Source: an uncultured delta proteobacterium (GTDB lineage Bacteria > Desulfobacterota > RBG-13-43-22). Taken from it: a stretch of DNA of 59,579 nucleotides. Below are positions 39,104 through 54,705 of the stretch, one piece after another. The number at the start of each line of letters is the position of its first letter. The stretch's first letter is position 1. The DNA lies in contig CAWDKY010000013.1 in NCBI GenBank assembly GCA_963802945.1, positions 1 to 59,579 of the forward strand, read 5' to 3'. The position numbers and the translations under genes are program-made. Below the pieces are notes generated by a model, which had not been told where the DNA came from, did no database searches, and saw only the letters and a program-made list of their open reading frames with translations.

Positions 39104-39541
39104 ATGAGGCTTCCAGAATACGTAACCAAGAAAGAAGTAAAACGGGTCTGCAAGGCCCTTGGTATTGGCGATTGGACTACCATAAAAAAAGCCAAAGTTA
39201 AAACGGAAGAGGCTCAGATCATTCTAAATGCGGTTAAACCCAAAGGGATGGAAATCCCCCTCGAGGAATTTAAGGTCGGTCTTGAAGTAGAGTTGGAGCA
39301 TGGGACCCGCTATAAGGATGCCAATGTCACCAACAACCATCCTCTGCTGACTGGAAAAATCGTAGTAGCTCACCTGAAGGAATCGATGGATTATTATCAA
39401 AGGTTGGATGTGGCCGAAATAGAAGGGGACCTGCTCAAGGCCTTTGCGGCCAAGAACCTGGTCAAAGCTGCGGCTAAGTATAAAAAACTTGTCCGCGCCA
39501 GGCTTACCCTGGTGCAAACTGAGGGAAAATCTCTTGGGTAA
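39104..39541 (+). CDS. Conserved hypothetical protein (DUF5661-like)
   Basis: GLEVELEHG..NVTNNHP..GKIVVAHLKESMDYYQRL; RBS AAGGAG. Confidence 0.7.
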   Translation: MRLPEYVTKKEVKRVCKALGIGDWTTIKKAKVKTEEAQIILNAVKPKGMEIPLEEFKVGLEVELEHGTRYKDANVTNNHPLLTGKIVVAHLKESMDYYQRLDVAEIEGDLLKAFAAKNLVKAAAKYKKLVRARLTLVQTEGKSLG

Positions 39542-40545
39542 CTTCCATTTAAAAGTTCATTTCGTTGATTAGCGTTTTTGAAATCTTGTCTTTTTTCAAA
39601 AATGATAGTTTGAGGAGTTCAAGGAAGAAGTCACCATCAAACTTGACAATGCCTGTATAGTCAAATCATGACTTTCACAGTTTAATGTCAAAAATCAGTC
39701 GACATTGTGAGATATCAGCTCAATTGCCATCTTTTTATGCCCCTTCCCATCCTAGGCTTTCGGAGGGAATTTTATTCTATATCTTCTTCATTGAAAAGCC
39801 TCTCCACGAGTACATCATCATACTCCTGAATAGCCTCCACAAATATCCTTATAAAAGCGTAATCCATCCGATTGCGACCATCGACATTCTTTTCTAGATT
39901 GTCAAAACGATAAATTTGTAAAAGGGGAGAAAATCCGCTAGACCCTCCTGGGTCACTGCAACCTGGAGACCCTTGGACATGGTCCATTTAATGGAAAAAA
40001 TAAAAACTTTTAAGGAGGAAAAAGTATGTTGTCCCCGAAGAAAATTTATCCATCTTGGATTGCCTGATCATGGGAATATTTATTTCATTGATATGAATGA
40101 TCCCGAAAGGTTTAACAAAATAAAAAGGGATAACTTAGAGGATTTTTTTAAAAATGGCTGGTATAGTAATAACATTGGTAACAAATACTTTTTATGAAAT
40201 AATGGATTTTGTAATATTTAGTTCCTTAACCTATTTAGTAATAAGGGTTGTTATGAAATTTAAATATTTCAAAACCTTCCCAAAGTTTACAGCACTTCCT
40301 AAGCCTCGGGGAGGAAACATCGGGACACCGACCCTCAAAAGACCTTTCCATCCATGATTTCTCGGACTTGACTCCATCTGGTAACTAGGTCCTTCTCTTC
40401 TTATCACCCTTTAATAGATCCTGATCCATTTCATACCCCTGCCAATAAAATTAAATCAACTGATACCGCCATTTTTTTGGCTTACAAATGTTTTAAGAAG
40501 ATAGACCAAAAAGTTAACGATTACTGTTTGAAATGTGCATTAGAG

Positions 40546-40576
40546 TCCATCCGGAAATCTATGATTTCCGGATGGA
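40546..40576 (-). terminator. Hairpin downstream of the aldolase gene
   Basis: TCCATCCGGAAATC-TAT-GATTTCCGGATGGA, 14-bp perfect stem. Confidence 0.55.
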
Positions 40577-40662
40577 GTTGTTAGCTATCCGATTTCAGCA
40601 ATAAATCAACTAAAAAACATTACCTCTTATCGCCGAAAACTCTTTGCTTTTTGGGATTGGTC

Positions 40663-42076
40663 TCAATCCGCCAAGTTTGAGACGTCCTCGTCTTTGGCCT
40701 GGCCAAGCCCAAAATCGGCCTGCTGCTTTTCCACTTTTACCAGGGGAACAAATTTTCGAACTAACTCCTGGGTATCGCCCACTTGAAGCTGGTCAAAATA
40801 AAAGCCGAATTTCTTTTCGAGGTCTAATCGAATAGCCGATCGAATTTCTTCCGCCAATCCCCACATATCGGCCTTAAAAGGTCCCAGGCCTTTTTTGCGG
40901 GTGCTGTAAAGAAATTGTTCCTCGGTCTTGCCGGATTTCCATTCATCGGCATGTTTTGATTTTAGATATTGATAAATATCTTTGTTTTAAACCTTGGGGG
41001 AATTGGGCGTGGTCATAAATCATATTTTGGAATCCGGTGGCCAGATGGACCTCAACCGCATCATTAGCTACGAATTGATGAAAGGCTTCATCCGGCAAGG
41101 TCGAGGCCCCATGCTGGACTGTTCCACCCATCCCATAACTGTTCCTGGCCACCTTCGAGAGGTCTTTTAAGACCTTAAAATCAATGGCCACCTGGGCCAA
41201 GGTGCCGTCGGGCAAAACTACGCCTCCGTGACTCGTCCCGGTTTGTATGCTTATTTTGGACAGACCAGTCAAACCAGGAGATAAGGAGCGCTTAAAGCCG
41301 TCCATATAAGCCCTAAGTTCTGTCTCGTCACTGTTTTTACCGCCTACTTCTCCGATCTCTCCCCCCACGGAAATAGTGATCCCCTTGGGTTGATGTTTGC
41401 GGATAAAGGCCGTGAACCGGGTACATAATTCATAATTGGCCCTTTGTTGTTCCAAAACCGTGGGTTGCCCGAGATCCACCAGGGTGGATGTGTCTATGTC
41501 GATATTGAAAAACCCAGCCCGGATGGCCTCCAGGATCAACTGCTCAATAGCCAGAGCTTCTTCTTCTGGTTTTTCTTTAAATTTTTTTTCGCTGACCTGA
41601 AAATGATCGCCTTGTATAAATAATGGACCTTCAAAACCTTCTTTTATGGCGGCGGCCATGACGGCAGAAAAATATTCTCTGGGCCTCTGGGCCGTATAGC
41701 CGATTTCCGAACGGGCGATCTCAAAAATAACCGCCCCCACCTTCCGCCGAACCGCAGCCCTAAATGCGGCCTGGCCGCAGTCATAGGTCATGGCCCGAAG
41801 GTTGATGGCCGGCACAGTTAAAGGCCGGTCGATTTCTCCACGCCCTACGGCCATATAAAATTCATGGATGGAGGCCGGATAAATTCCTATGGCCTGTCCT
41901 ATTTCCCAGATCAACCAATCGGCCAGGGCCTGTTGATCGGCTTTTCCAAAAACGGCCCAATGAATCAATTGATCGATTGCTTCTTCTTGAAGCTTTTTTT
42001 TATCTTGAATGTTTACTCGGCCTTGGGAATCAATTTGAACGCAATCTTTCAAAAAACCAAAAGAGCTTATATTCAT
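40663..42076 (-). CDS. Class II fructose-bisphosphate aldolase family protein (apparent frameshift near 40983)
   Basis: TVPAINLR, FIQGDHFQ, GGEIGEVGG, IQTGTSHGG, VQHGASTLP, HLATGFQN; shifted frame continues DIYQYLKSKHADEWK..FLYSTRKK into ORF 40663-40866. Confidence 0.88.
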
Positions 42077-42164
42077 GGGGTCCCTCCTAAGATTGGCAAT
42101 TAATAAAGATATTTTAAATCAATTTTGACAGAAAATACAAGGGATAATAACAACGACAAAAGGG

Positions 42165-42193
42165 TTGACTATTGGTAGCCGCCTATTTAAGAT
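42165..42193 (+). promoter_or_regulatory. sigma70-like promoter of the thiolase gene
   Basis: TTGACT, 17 bp, TAAGAT. Confidence 0.45.
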
Positions 42194-42222
42194 TGAAGGA
42201 AAAATAAAAAGGGGGGATTGTT

Positions 42223-43425
42223 TTGAAAAGTCCAAACGATATTGTCATTGTTTCTGCGGCCCGCACACCCATAGGAAAATTTGGGGAAGCCTTTAAGACC
42301 ATAAGAGCACACCAGTTGGCTGCCACCGTGATCACTGAGGTCCTTAAACGTGCAGGTATTTCCGGAGATCAGCTTGATGATGTGATCCTGGGAGATTGCT
42401 GTCAATGCGCCGATGAGGCCAATACGGCCCGGACCGCGGCCTTGAAGGCCGGCATCCCGGTCGAGGTGCCGGCGGTTACTATTCAGCGCCAATGCTCTTC
42501 AGCCATGCAGGCTTTGGCCTTTGGGGTCCAGCAAATCAAGGCTGGGGATTCCCAAATAGTCCTGGCCGGAGGTGTGGAATCCATGAGTTCAGCCCCTTAT
42601 TTGCTAATGACCGCCCGCTGGGGGCAACGTCTAAACCACGGCCAGATGACCGATTCTTTGTGGGAAATGCTCCATTCGGGCAGCAACCTCCTGGAGAAAA
42701 ATGGTTACATTATGGGACAGACGGCCGAGAACCTGGCCGAAAAATATCATATCTCCCGGGAAGAACAGGATATTGTTTCCCTGCGCAGTCACAACAATGC
42801 CGAAGCGGCCATCAAGTCAGGCAAATTTAAAGAGGAAATTATTCCAGTGCCCATTCCGCAAAAAAAGGGCGATCCTCTTCTGGTAGACACCGATGAACAC
42901 GTTCGCTATGGATTGACTATGGGTGATCTTTCTCGCTTGGCGCCAACCTTTAAAAAAGACGGAACCGTAACGGCCGGCAACGCCTCCGGGCTCAACGACG
43001 GGGCCGCAGCCGTGATTATCACCTCTCGGGCCCGCGCCCAGGAGTTGGGCCTGACCCCCAGGGCCAAAATCATCGCCCAGGCCGTAGCCGGTGTGGATCC
43101 CAAGTATATGGGCTATGGACCGGTTCCGGCCACGGAAAATTGTTTGAAGAGGGCCGGGATGACCTTGAGGGATATTCAGCTTATCGAAGTGAACGAGGCC
43201 TTTGCCGCCCAATACCTGGCTTGTGAAAAGGGCTTGGGTTTAAACCGGGAGATCACCAATGTCAACGGCAGCGGTATCGGTTTGGGCCACCCGGTCGGGG
43301 CCACTGGCGTTCGACTTATTATCACCCTGATGTATGAAATGATCCGCCGCAACCTGACCATAGGGTTGGCAACCCTTTGTGTGGGCGGCGGTATGGGCAT
43401 GACCACGATTATTGAAAGGGATTAA
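42223..43425 (+). CDS. Acetyl-CoA C-acyltransferase (thiolase)
   Basis: [15 protein letters not shown] (catalytic Cys), [30 protein letters not shown]; TTG start. Confidence 0.95.
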   Translation: MKSPNDIVIVSAARTPIGKFGEAFKTIRAHQLAATVITEVLKRAGISGDQLDDVILGDCCQCADEANTARTAALKAGIPVEVPAVTIQRQCSSAMQALAFGVQQIKAGDSQIVLAGGVESMSSAPYLLMTARWGQRLNHGQMTDSLWEMLHSGSNLLEKNGYIMGQTAENLAEKYHISREEQDIVSLRSHNNAEAAIKSGKFKEEIIPVPIPQKKGDPLLVDTDEHVRYGLTMGDLSRLAPTFKKDGTVTAGNASGLNDGAAAVIITSRARAQELGLTPRAKIIAQAVAGVDPKYMGYGPVPATENCLKRAGMTLRDIQLIEVNEAFAAQYLACEKGLGLNREITNVNGSGIGLGHPVGATGVRLIITLMYEMIRRNLTIGLATLCVGGGMGMTTIIERD

Positions 43426-43441
43426 CTCTGTTTATTGCCCC

Positions 43442-43479
43442 ATTAAAAAAGGGCGGATTTTAACCCGCCCTTTTTTAAT
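43442..43479. terminator. Bidirectional rho-independent terminator
   Basis: ATTAAAAAAGGGCGG-ATTTTAAC-CCGCCCTTTTTTAAT between convergent genes. Confidence 0.85.
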
Positions 43480-43496
43480 TCTATGAAGGAAAAAGA

Positions 43497-44417
43497 TTAA
43501 TAAGGAATATGGAATTCGTGGAGTTCTTTTATGTCTTTAAATTCTTTAAATTTATCTACCTGGGGATCCTCGAAAATAAACAAGCGTTTGGCCATAACAA
43601 AGTTCCTGTTAAAATAATCGGAGCCCCGCAGGTTAGTAATAACCACCCCTTTCTTTCTGCTCGAAGAATGAATCATCTGACCTTCGCCGATATACATACC
43701 CGTATGCCCGATCTGCCTGCCATGATTACGCTTGAAAAACAATAGATCCCCGATTTTTAACCGACTCAGGTCCCATTCAGTGGTCACCAATGTTCCCATT
43801 TTGGCCTGTTCCCGGCTGGAGTGCGGCAAAGAGAGGGTGAGGGTCTGATAAATCTTTTTCATAAAACCAGAACAATCGATCCCTTCGTTCCCCTGCCCAT
43901 TCCCTCCCAGACGATAAGACTTTCCTAAAAGCTGTTTGGAAATCTGGACAACAAGATTGGAAAACTTGTTTAAAGGATTTCTTTTCGCTTCGTCGGATTC
44001 TTCCTGTGTTATCCCTTCCTCAAAAATTGGTTTTTTTATCAGACTTAAAGACTCCGTTCCCTGATCGCTGTTTGAAGATGAATCCATAGGCTCGAGTAGA
44101 AATTTCCCGTTATCCAACGGGGTGATCTTTAATAAAGGGGGGGCATCTTTGGGTGTAACAGGATTTTCTTTGGCCACACGTTTAGAATGCCGTTTCTTAG
44201 CGAATTTTTTCAATCGCTTTTTTGGGGCCGTTAAAGACAGTTTAGATTTTTTTTGCGCTTTGAGCTTTGAAGAAGGAGATTTCTTATGACTGACTTTTTT
44301 GGAAACTGTGGTGTTATTCTTTTTGGACACGTTTTTTGGAGAAGCACCAAACACATGCCATGGAAATAATATCAGCAGTGCTATGGTAATAAAGAGAAAA
44401 CCTCTTTTTATTATCAT
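43497..44417 (-). CDS. Secreted NlpC/P60 (C40) peptidoglycan endopeptidase
   Basis: Signal peptide, Lys/Ser-rich linker, YRLGG..GIDCSGF, LPHSSREQ, GDLLFF, HTGMYIG..MIHSSS. Confidence 0.9.
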   Translation of the reverse strand: MIIKRGFLFITIALLILFPWHVFGASPKNVSKKNNTTVSKKVSHKKSPSSKLKAQKKSKLSLTAPKKRLKKFAKKRHSKRVAKENPVTPKDAPPLLKITPLDNGKFLLEPMDSSSNSDQGTESLSLIKKPIFEEGITQEESDEAKRNPLNKFSNLVVQISKQLLGKSYRLGGNGQGNEGIDCSGFMKKIYQTLTLSLPHSSREQAKMGTLVTTEWDLSRLKIGDLLFFKRNHGRQIGHTGMYIGEGQMIHSSSRKKGVVITNLRGSDYFNRNFVMAKRLFIFEDPQVDKFKEFKDIKELHEFHIPY

Positions 44418-44571
44418 AGTCCGGTTCCCTTGATTATTAAATGTTTGTGTGTTTAATTTAAGCGGAAGTGTTTATATACAATAATAATTTTCTTTTGTCA
44501 ACCCTTTTAAATACCTTTTTTTAAAACTATCCAATCTCCAATGAACCGTTGCTGGACTGCCCGCATGGTTT

Positions 44572-47019
<2,448 letters not shown>

Positions 47020-47056
47020 TTTTTATCCTAAATAAACATAGTTGAAATTTCTCTGC

Positions 47057-47120
47057 TGCGAGTTGCGGGTTATGGGTTGTTTGTGAAAAGTTTACGGTTT
47101 TTTAACTCGCAACCCGAAAC
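47057..47120. repeat. Inverted heptamer arrays between gyrB and gyrA
   Basis: TGCGAGT TGCGGGT TATGGGT versus AACTCGC AACCCGA AAC. Confidence 0.55.
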
Positions 47121-47191
47121 AAGAAGTAATATTAGAGAAAAATTCTATAATAATATTATTTAACACTCTAATCTCCATAACAAAATCGGTC

Positions 47192-49600
<2,409 letters not shown>

Positions 49601-49793
49601 TTATCTTCTGCCTATTCATTGTTCTGTTTTTGTATTAAATTTTTATGTCCTCATAATCAGGTAAGGCAAAACATGAAGATTATTCTAAGGATTCAAGGGG
49701 ACCACGACGTCAAAGAATCAATCTCGCCTTTGGTGGGACTGGAATCCTCAAACCCTATTTTCGTGCTACTATATTTGAATAATCTAGGGGGGA

Positions 49794-50933
49794 TTACAGA
49801 TTATCCCCGGCGTCTTCCATAAGCTTCATGGGCATAATTAGAGCAAGAAATCCCGGATCTTTTTCTCCGCTCAAGATGGCCGGACTGACCGAATCATTGA
49901 ATTCCAGAGTAATGGTTTCGCTTTCCATAACCAGAAGGGCGTCAATAAAAAACCGGGCATTAAATCCTACGACCAGTTTGCTTCCTTTATAATCCAAGGG
50001 TATACTTTCTTTGGCTTCTCCGATCTCCGGATTAACCGATAGAATTTCCAAATTTCCTTTAGTCAAGGAAAACTTGACCCCTTTGTATTTATCCGTTGAA
50101 AGGACCCCCATTCTTTTCATGGTATCCATCAGGTTGTTTTTGGGAATAGTGATCACCTTTTCTTTTTTCTTCGGCAAAACCAGGGTATAATCTGGAAAAT
50201 TACTTTCCAATAATCGCATAATCATTAGGCTTTCTTCTTTTTGAAAAACACCAAAGGTGTCCTTAAACCCAAATTGAACCGCACCTGGCTCTTCCAAAAT
50301 TTTTAATATCTCAGTCACGGCTTTTCTGGGTAAAAGAACCCCTTTAGTAAAAACATCTTCTTCCAGCGGTTCAATCTCTTTATCCATCATGGTTAATCGA
50401 TGCCCGTCCGTTGAAACCATGCGAAGAATATTCTTTTTTTCCTTTTGGATGTATTCAAAGTAGATTCCTGATAAATTATAACGTCCTTCATCTAACGAAA
50501 CGGATATAATGGTCTTTTGAATCATGTCCCTCAAGAGGGACCCATCCAGGGTTATGGTTTTTTTTAAATCAACTTCGGGTAAGGGAGGGTAGTCTATAGA
50601 AGGAAGTCCGGAAATCGTAAATTGAGAATTTTTACAGGAAATAAAAAGCTTATTATTTTCCTTAAGTTTGATATAAATTTCTTCATCCGGAAATTCTCTG
50701 ATAATTTCAAAAAATTTCCGAGCTAAAATGGATATTCCCCCATTATGGATAATAGTTGCGGGACATTTCAATCTTATTCCCACTTGTAAATCGGTGGCTA
50801 TGATTTGAATCCCGTCTCTGTCTGTTTCCATAAGAACATTAGAGAGAATGGGCATGGAACTTCTTTTTTCTATGATACCCTGTACCATTTGCAATCCGTC
50901 TAAGAGGGATTGTTTTTGAATAGTCAATTCCAT
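49794..50933 (-). CDS. dnaN: DNA polymerase III beta clamp
   Basis: MPILSNVL, ATDLQV, VSTDGHRL, FPDY, GFNARF, LIMPM; upstream of gyrB. Confidence 0.96.
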   Translation of the reverse strand: MELTIQKQSLLDGLQMVQGIIEKRSSMPILSNVLMETDRDGIQIIATDLQVGIRLKCPATIIHNGGISILARKFFEIIREFPDEEIYIKLKENNKLFISCKNSQFTISGLPSIDYPPLPEVDLKKTITLDGSLLRDMIQKTIISVSLDEGRYNLSGIYFEYIQKEKKNILRMVSTDGHRLTMMDKEIEPLEEDVFTKGVLLPRKAVTEILKILEEPGAVQFGFKDTFGVFQKEESLMIMRLLESNFPDYTLVLPKKKEKVITIPKNNLMDTMKRMGVLSTDKYKGVKFSLTKGNLEILSVNPEIGEAKESIPLDYKGSKLVVGFNARFFIDALLVMESETITLEFNDSVSPAILSGEKDPGFLALIMPMKLMEDAGDNL

Positions 50934-51338
50934 AAAGACATTCTCCTTTTCTCTTATATTATTTTTCTTTAAAAATATTTAGTAACTGTATTAAAATAAA
51001 TTAATATGTGAATATGTAAGATAAGAAATAAAAATTATTATTTAAAAATGATATAACTATATTTAATAACTTATTTAGATTAAATCGATTTCTATAAAAT
51101 AGCTGATGGAGGCCATAAAAATTTTAGGCCATTTTTCTTATTTTCTACCTTCTATTTAATATCCTTGTCTAATTGGGTAATTATTATATAATTTACTGAT
51201 TCCTCACAAAAAACTTATCTTTTATAATATATAAGAGGATATAAAAAAAAGCAACCTAAAAAGTAGTCTTATGACGTAAATATTTGAATAAAATTTTCTA
51301 TTTTCTTGAAAAAAAAGAGGGTCCTTTAAGGGAGGGAT
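50934..51338. other. Candidate oriC / DNA-unwinding region upstream of dnaN
   Basis: Most AT-rich stretch of the window by eye; minus strand TTATCTTACA-TATTCACA degenerate DnaA-box pair (51007-51024), then TAATACAGTTACTAA trio-like tract (50979-50993) and an A/T run before the dnaN RBS. Confidence 0.45.
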
Positions 51339-53336
51339 ATGGGAAGAGAAAAGGCGGTTATTCAAGAAAGAAAAGTCGTTTTCAATCCGGATAAAATTGA
51401 AATACGGGTATCCGAGGGGGAAAATTTATTAAAGGCGGCCCTGCAGGCCGGGGTTCATATCAATGCCTCCTGCGGCGGAGAAGGGGTTTGTGGAAAATGT
51501 AGGGTTATCATAGATAAAGGAGAGGTGGAAAGTGAACATACGGAAAAAATAACCCCAGAAGAACTGGCTCTTGGTGTCCGTCAAGCTTGTAAAACAAGAA
51601 TTATCAGTGACTTAGAATTAACTGTTCCCGTTGAATCCCAGTTGGACCGCAAATTTTTAGATAGGGACAGGCCTAGATCGGGAACCTGGCAGGTCGTCTC
51701 CCAGATCAGGACAGAAGATTTGATGAAGAAAGGAAAATTCCATCCACCCTTTGAAAAAAAATATCTTGAGGTCACCCAACCGACGATGGCCGACAATATA
51801 AGTGATCTTTCCCGGGTCATTAGGTCTTTAAAACAAACATATGGGATAAATAACTTAAACCTTGATTTCCAGATTTTAAAAAAAATGGCCTTAGTATTAA
51901 GGCAAGGAGACTGGAAGGTAACTGTAACTATTGGAATTCCAATAAAAAAGGGAGACAAAACCCAACTTGTTAACCTCGAATCCGGAGACACAACCGGGCA
52001 AAATTATGCCATGGCTGTTGACATTGGAACAACCACCATCTGGGGTCAGTTATTAGACCTTAACAACGGGGAAATCCTGGCCCAACACGTTGAATATAAC
52101 GCCCAGATCAGCTATGGAGAGGATGTCATCTCCCGAATCGTCTATTCCCAGAAACCGGAAGGTCAAAAAAAAATGAAAGACCTGGTAGTTTCAACTATCA
52201 ATGGGGTTATTAAACAATTAATAAGGAAACACACGGTGCCGATGGAAGGAATAACCCTGATTACCCTGGCTGGCAATACTACCATGACCCATCTGTTTTT
52301 AGGAATAGATGCCAAGTACATCAGAGAATCCCCCTACACGCCCCCTATGAATTATATCCCGCCAGTTAGGGCCAAAGAGGTGGGGATTAAACTGGGTGAA
52401 CATGTTCAGGCCTATTTATTTCCCTCTATCGCCAGTTATGTTGGAGGGGATATTATTGCCGGAGTTATGGGTTCTGGGATGTACCGGCAGGATCGATTGA
52501 CCCTATATATCGACCTTGGCACAAATGGCGAAATAGTGATTGGCAGTTCCGAATGGATGACCTGCGCCGCCTGTTCGGCCGGTCCTGCATTTGAAGGGGG
52601 AGGTATTAAACACGGGATGAGGGCCGCTGAAGGGGCCATTGAAGAATTCAATGTCAACCCGACCACCTTTGAGCCCATGCTCCTGACCATTGGAATGGTC
52701 AAACCGAAAGGGATCTGCGGGTCCGGATTAATCAATATTGTTGCCGGATTGCTTGAGTCCTGCCTATTGGATCAAAACGGAAAATTTAAGCAGGGATTAA
52801 AAACAGACCGAATTCGGGAAGGGACGGACGGCCTGGAATACGTCCTGGCTTGGGAGAAAGACACCCAGATCGGCCGCGATCTGGTCATCACTGAGGTGGA
52901 TATTGATAATCTGATCAGGGCCAAGGGGGCCATGTTTGCTGGCTATTTAACCCTGTTGGGGGAAGTAGGTTTAACGATGAATGATTTGGAACAGGTCATT
53001 ATTGCCGGAGGTTTTGGAAATTACATCAATATTGAAAAATCAATCACCATCGGGCTGCTGCCTGAGTTACCTTTAAATAAATTTAAATTTATAGGAAACG
53101 GGTCTTTGTTGGGGGCCCGCCTGATCTGTTTTTCCAACCATCTCCGAACCGAGGTCAAAAGGATTTTTAATAAAATGACCAATATCGAGTTGAGTGAAAA
53201 CAATAATTTTATGAATAATTATATTGCCGCCCTTTTTCTTCCCCACACCGATCAAAAGCTCTTTCCCCGAGTTGTTGAAAAGATAAACTGTTTACAGAAA
53301 AGGGTGGTTGATTCAGGAAGGGATCGATTAAATTGA
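51339..53336 (+). CDS. ASKHA-domain ATP-dependent corrinoid reductive activator (RACo/DUF4445-like) with N-terminal [2Fe-2S] domain
   Basis: CGGEGVCGKC..RQAC, AVDIGTTT, YGEDVISRI, GNTTMTHLF, DLGTNGE, SAGPAFEGG, GICGSG, AGGFG. Confidence 0.92.
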   Translation: MGREKAVIQERKVVFNPDKIEIRVSEGENLLKAALQAGVHINASCGGEGVCGKCRVIIDKGEVESEHTEKITPEELALGVRQACKTRIISDLELTVPVESQLDRKFLDRDRPRSGTWQVVSQIRTEDLMKKGKFHPPFEKKYLEVTQPTMADNISDLSRVIRSLKQTYGINNLNLDFQILKKMALVLRQGDWKVTVTIGIPIKKGDKTQLVNLESGDTTGQNYAMAVDIGTTTIWGQLLDLNNGEILAQHVEYNAQISYGEDVISRIVYSQKPEGQKKMKDLVVSTINGVIKQLIRKHTVPMEGITLITLAGNTTMTHLFLGIDAKYIRESPYTPPMNYIPPVRAKEVGIKLGEHVQAYLFPSIASYVGGDIIAGVMGSGMYRQDRLTLYIDLGTNGEIVIGSSEWMTCAACSAGPAFEGGGIKHGMRAAEGAIEEFNVNPTTFEPMLLTIGMVKPKGICGSGLINIVAGLLESCLLDQNGKFKQGLKTDRIREGTDGLEYVLAWEKDTQIGRDLVITEVDIDNLIRAKGAMFAGYLTLLGEVGLTMNDLEQVIIAGGFGNYINIEKSITIGLLPELPLNKFKFIGNGSLLGARLICFSNHLRTEVKRIFNKMTNIELSENNNFMNNYIAALFLPHTDQKLFPRVVEKINCLQKRVVDSGRDRLN

Positions 53337-53475
53337 TTGATTACCGGCACAGAGAATGAGGATATCCTTTTCTTTTTTTTCGGCGGAGGATGGAATAGAC
53401 TTGTATTTAATGACATAGTTTATCTCTATGCAAACGGATTTGTCAAAAGTCACAGGCTGATACATTTGAACCTCT

Positions 53476-54069
53476 TTACTCCGCTTTGATGCCTTGAAAA
53501 AACACCTTTCGAAAGGTGCGGACATATTCCATCCCGTCGATGTGTGACGCATTGTCGACGGCCTGTTTGAACAGACCCCAGGAAAAGGACTTTGTGAGAT
53601 GCGCAAGTATGGTGGAGTCAATATCCTTTCTCACTAGCCCTTGACTTTTCCCCTGATCGAAAAGATCAACCAGAAAAGCCTCTAGTTTCCGGCCACATCG
53701 AATCCTGATAGGCTCAATATCCTCACCCGCTTTCAAGTCTTCGCTTAAGGAGTAAAACTGGATCGCTGATTTTCGATATTGCAAACCGAGGACGCTGGAA
53801 AAACTGATCAGCCGGTGAAGTTTTTCGATGGCGTTGCCGGTCTGTTCATCGACCCTTTGAATCAATTTATCAATGTAACCTGATTCATATGATTCTATCA
53901 ACCGGCCCAGCAACTGACTTTTGTTCTGGAAATGGGCGTAGAAGGAGCCCTTTGTCAGACCGACGTGGTCGGTGATATCCTTGATTGATGTCCCTTGGTA
54001 GCCGTTTCGGGCCAGCAGATTCAACGCCGTATCCAGTATCTTTTCATAGGTGTTTTCCTGACGCGGCAT
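53476..54069 (-). CDS. TetR/AcrR family transcriptional regulator
   Basis: ILDTALNLLARNGYQGTSIKDITDHVGLTKGSFYAHFQNK HTH; RBS GGGAG. Confidence 0.92.
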   Translation of the reverse strand: MPRQENTYEKILDTALNLLARNGYQGTSIKDITDHVGLTKGSFYAHFQNKSQLLGRLIESYESGYIDKLIQRVDEQTGNAIEKLHRLISFSSVLGLQYRKSAIQFYSLSEDLKAGEDIEPIRIRCGRKLEAFLVDLFDQGKSQGLVRKDIDSTILAHLTKSFSWGLFKQAVDNASHIDGMEYVRTFRKVFFQGIKAE

Positions 54070-54081
54070 AAATAGTCTCCC

Positions 54082-54252
54082 TCATGCATTCCTTAAAAGA
54101 TGAATCACGCACACGCCGCCCGCTCCGACCATATGGGCCAAAGCATAACGGGCGGGTTTCGGAATCTGCCGTTGGCCGCATTCTCCCCGCATCTGCCAAA
54201 GGATTTCGGCGATCTGGCCCACGCCAGTCGGCCCGATGGGGTGCCCCATGGA
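54082..54252 (-). pseudogene. C-terminal fragment of a thiolase-family (SCP-x type) gene, 5'-truncated
   Basis: Manual translation SMGHPIGPTGVGQIAEILWQMRGECGQRQIPKPARYALAHMVGAGGVCVIHLLRNA*; in-frame stop three codons upstream and no N-terminal part. Confidence 0.85.
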
Positions 54253-54578
54253 AACACCTCAAGGCGACGGTGGACGTCGGCAACTACATGACGTGCGGGC
54301 AGGAGGGCGCCGTCGGCACGCGCCTGGCCGCGCCGTTCGCCGCCTACGTTCATTTCAAGGACATGAAGAAGGTCGCCGACGCCGCCGCGCCGGCCGGCTG
54401 GAAGATCAACGCCTGCGTCCTGGGCGAAGGCGATGTAGACCACCGGGCCTGCCTCGACATCCTGAAGAAAGCCGGTTACAACGGCTTCGTCGCGCTCGAG
54501 TACCAGGGGCCGGAAGACGAGAAGACCGGCGTCCCCAGGAGCGTCGCGTTCATGAAGAAAGTGATGAAAGGATTCTGA
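54252..54578 (+). pseudogene. C-terminal fragment of a sugar-phosphate isomerase/epimerase (xylose isomerase-like TIM barrel), 5'-truncated
   Basis: KHLKATVDVGNYM..YVHFKD..LGEGDVD..GYNGFVALEYQG; no plausible N-terminus. Confidence 0.8.
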
Positions 54579-54600
54579 CCGTCGCGAAGCGCAATTCTGT

Positions 54601-54679
54601 TTCACCACAGAGGCACGGAGGACACGGAGAACGCATTTCAGGATTTCTTTCTGCGTGTTCTCCGTGTCTCCGTGGTGAA
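54601..54679. repeat. CACGGAG-unit palindromic repeat (left copy of a 32-bp inverted repeat)
   Basis: TTCACCACAGAGGCACGGAGGACACGGAGAAC with local complement GTTCTCCGTGTCTCCGTGGTGAA. Confidence 0.75.
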
Positions 54680-54705
54680 GAGAGACAGAGAAGGGGGGCC
54701 GTGTT

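Noticed and set aside
31600-41000. Split livF, CoA-transferase 1 and aldolase as true pseudogenes
   Set aside because: Each is repaired by one indel with all motifs retained, the same error pattern seen across the window.
51339-53336. Corrinoid activator as a partner of the MerB-like protein in a mercury methylation/demethylation system
   Set aside because: It is 25 kb away, outside the repeat-bounded block, no hgcAB or methyltransferase is visible, and such activators are common in Wood-Ljungdahl anaerobes.
54084-54578. ORF-track 164-aa protein as a real gene
   Set aside because: Its first ~56 codons are the antisense of a thiolase C-terminus; the ORF is an artefact of the junction.
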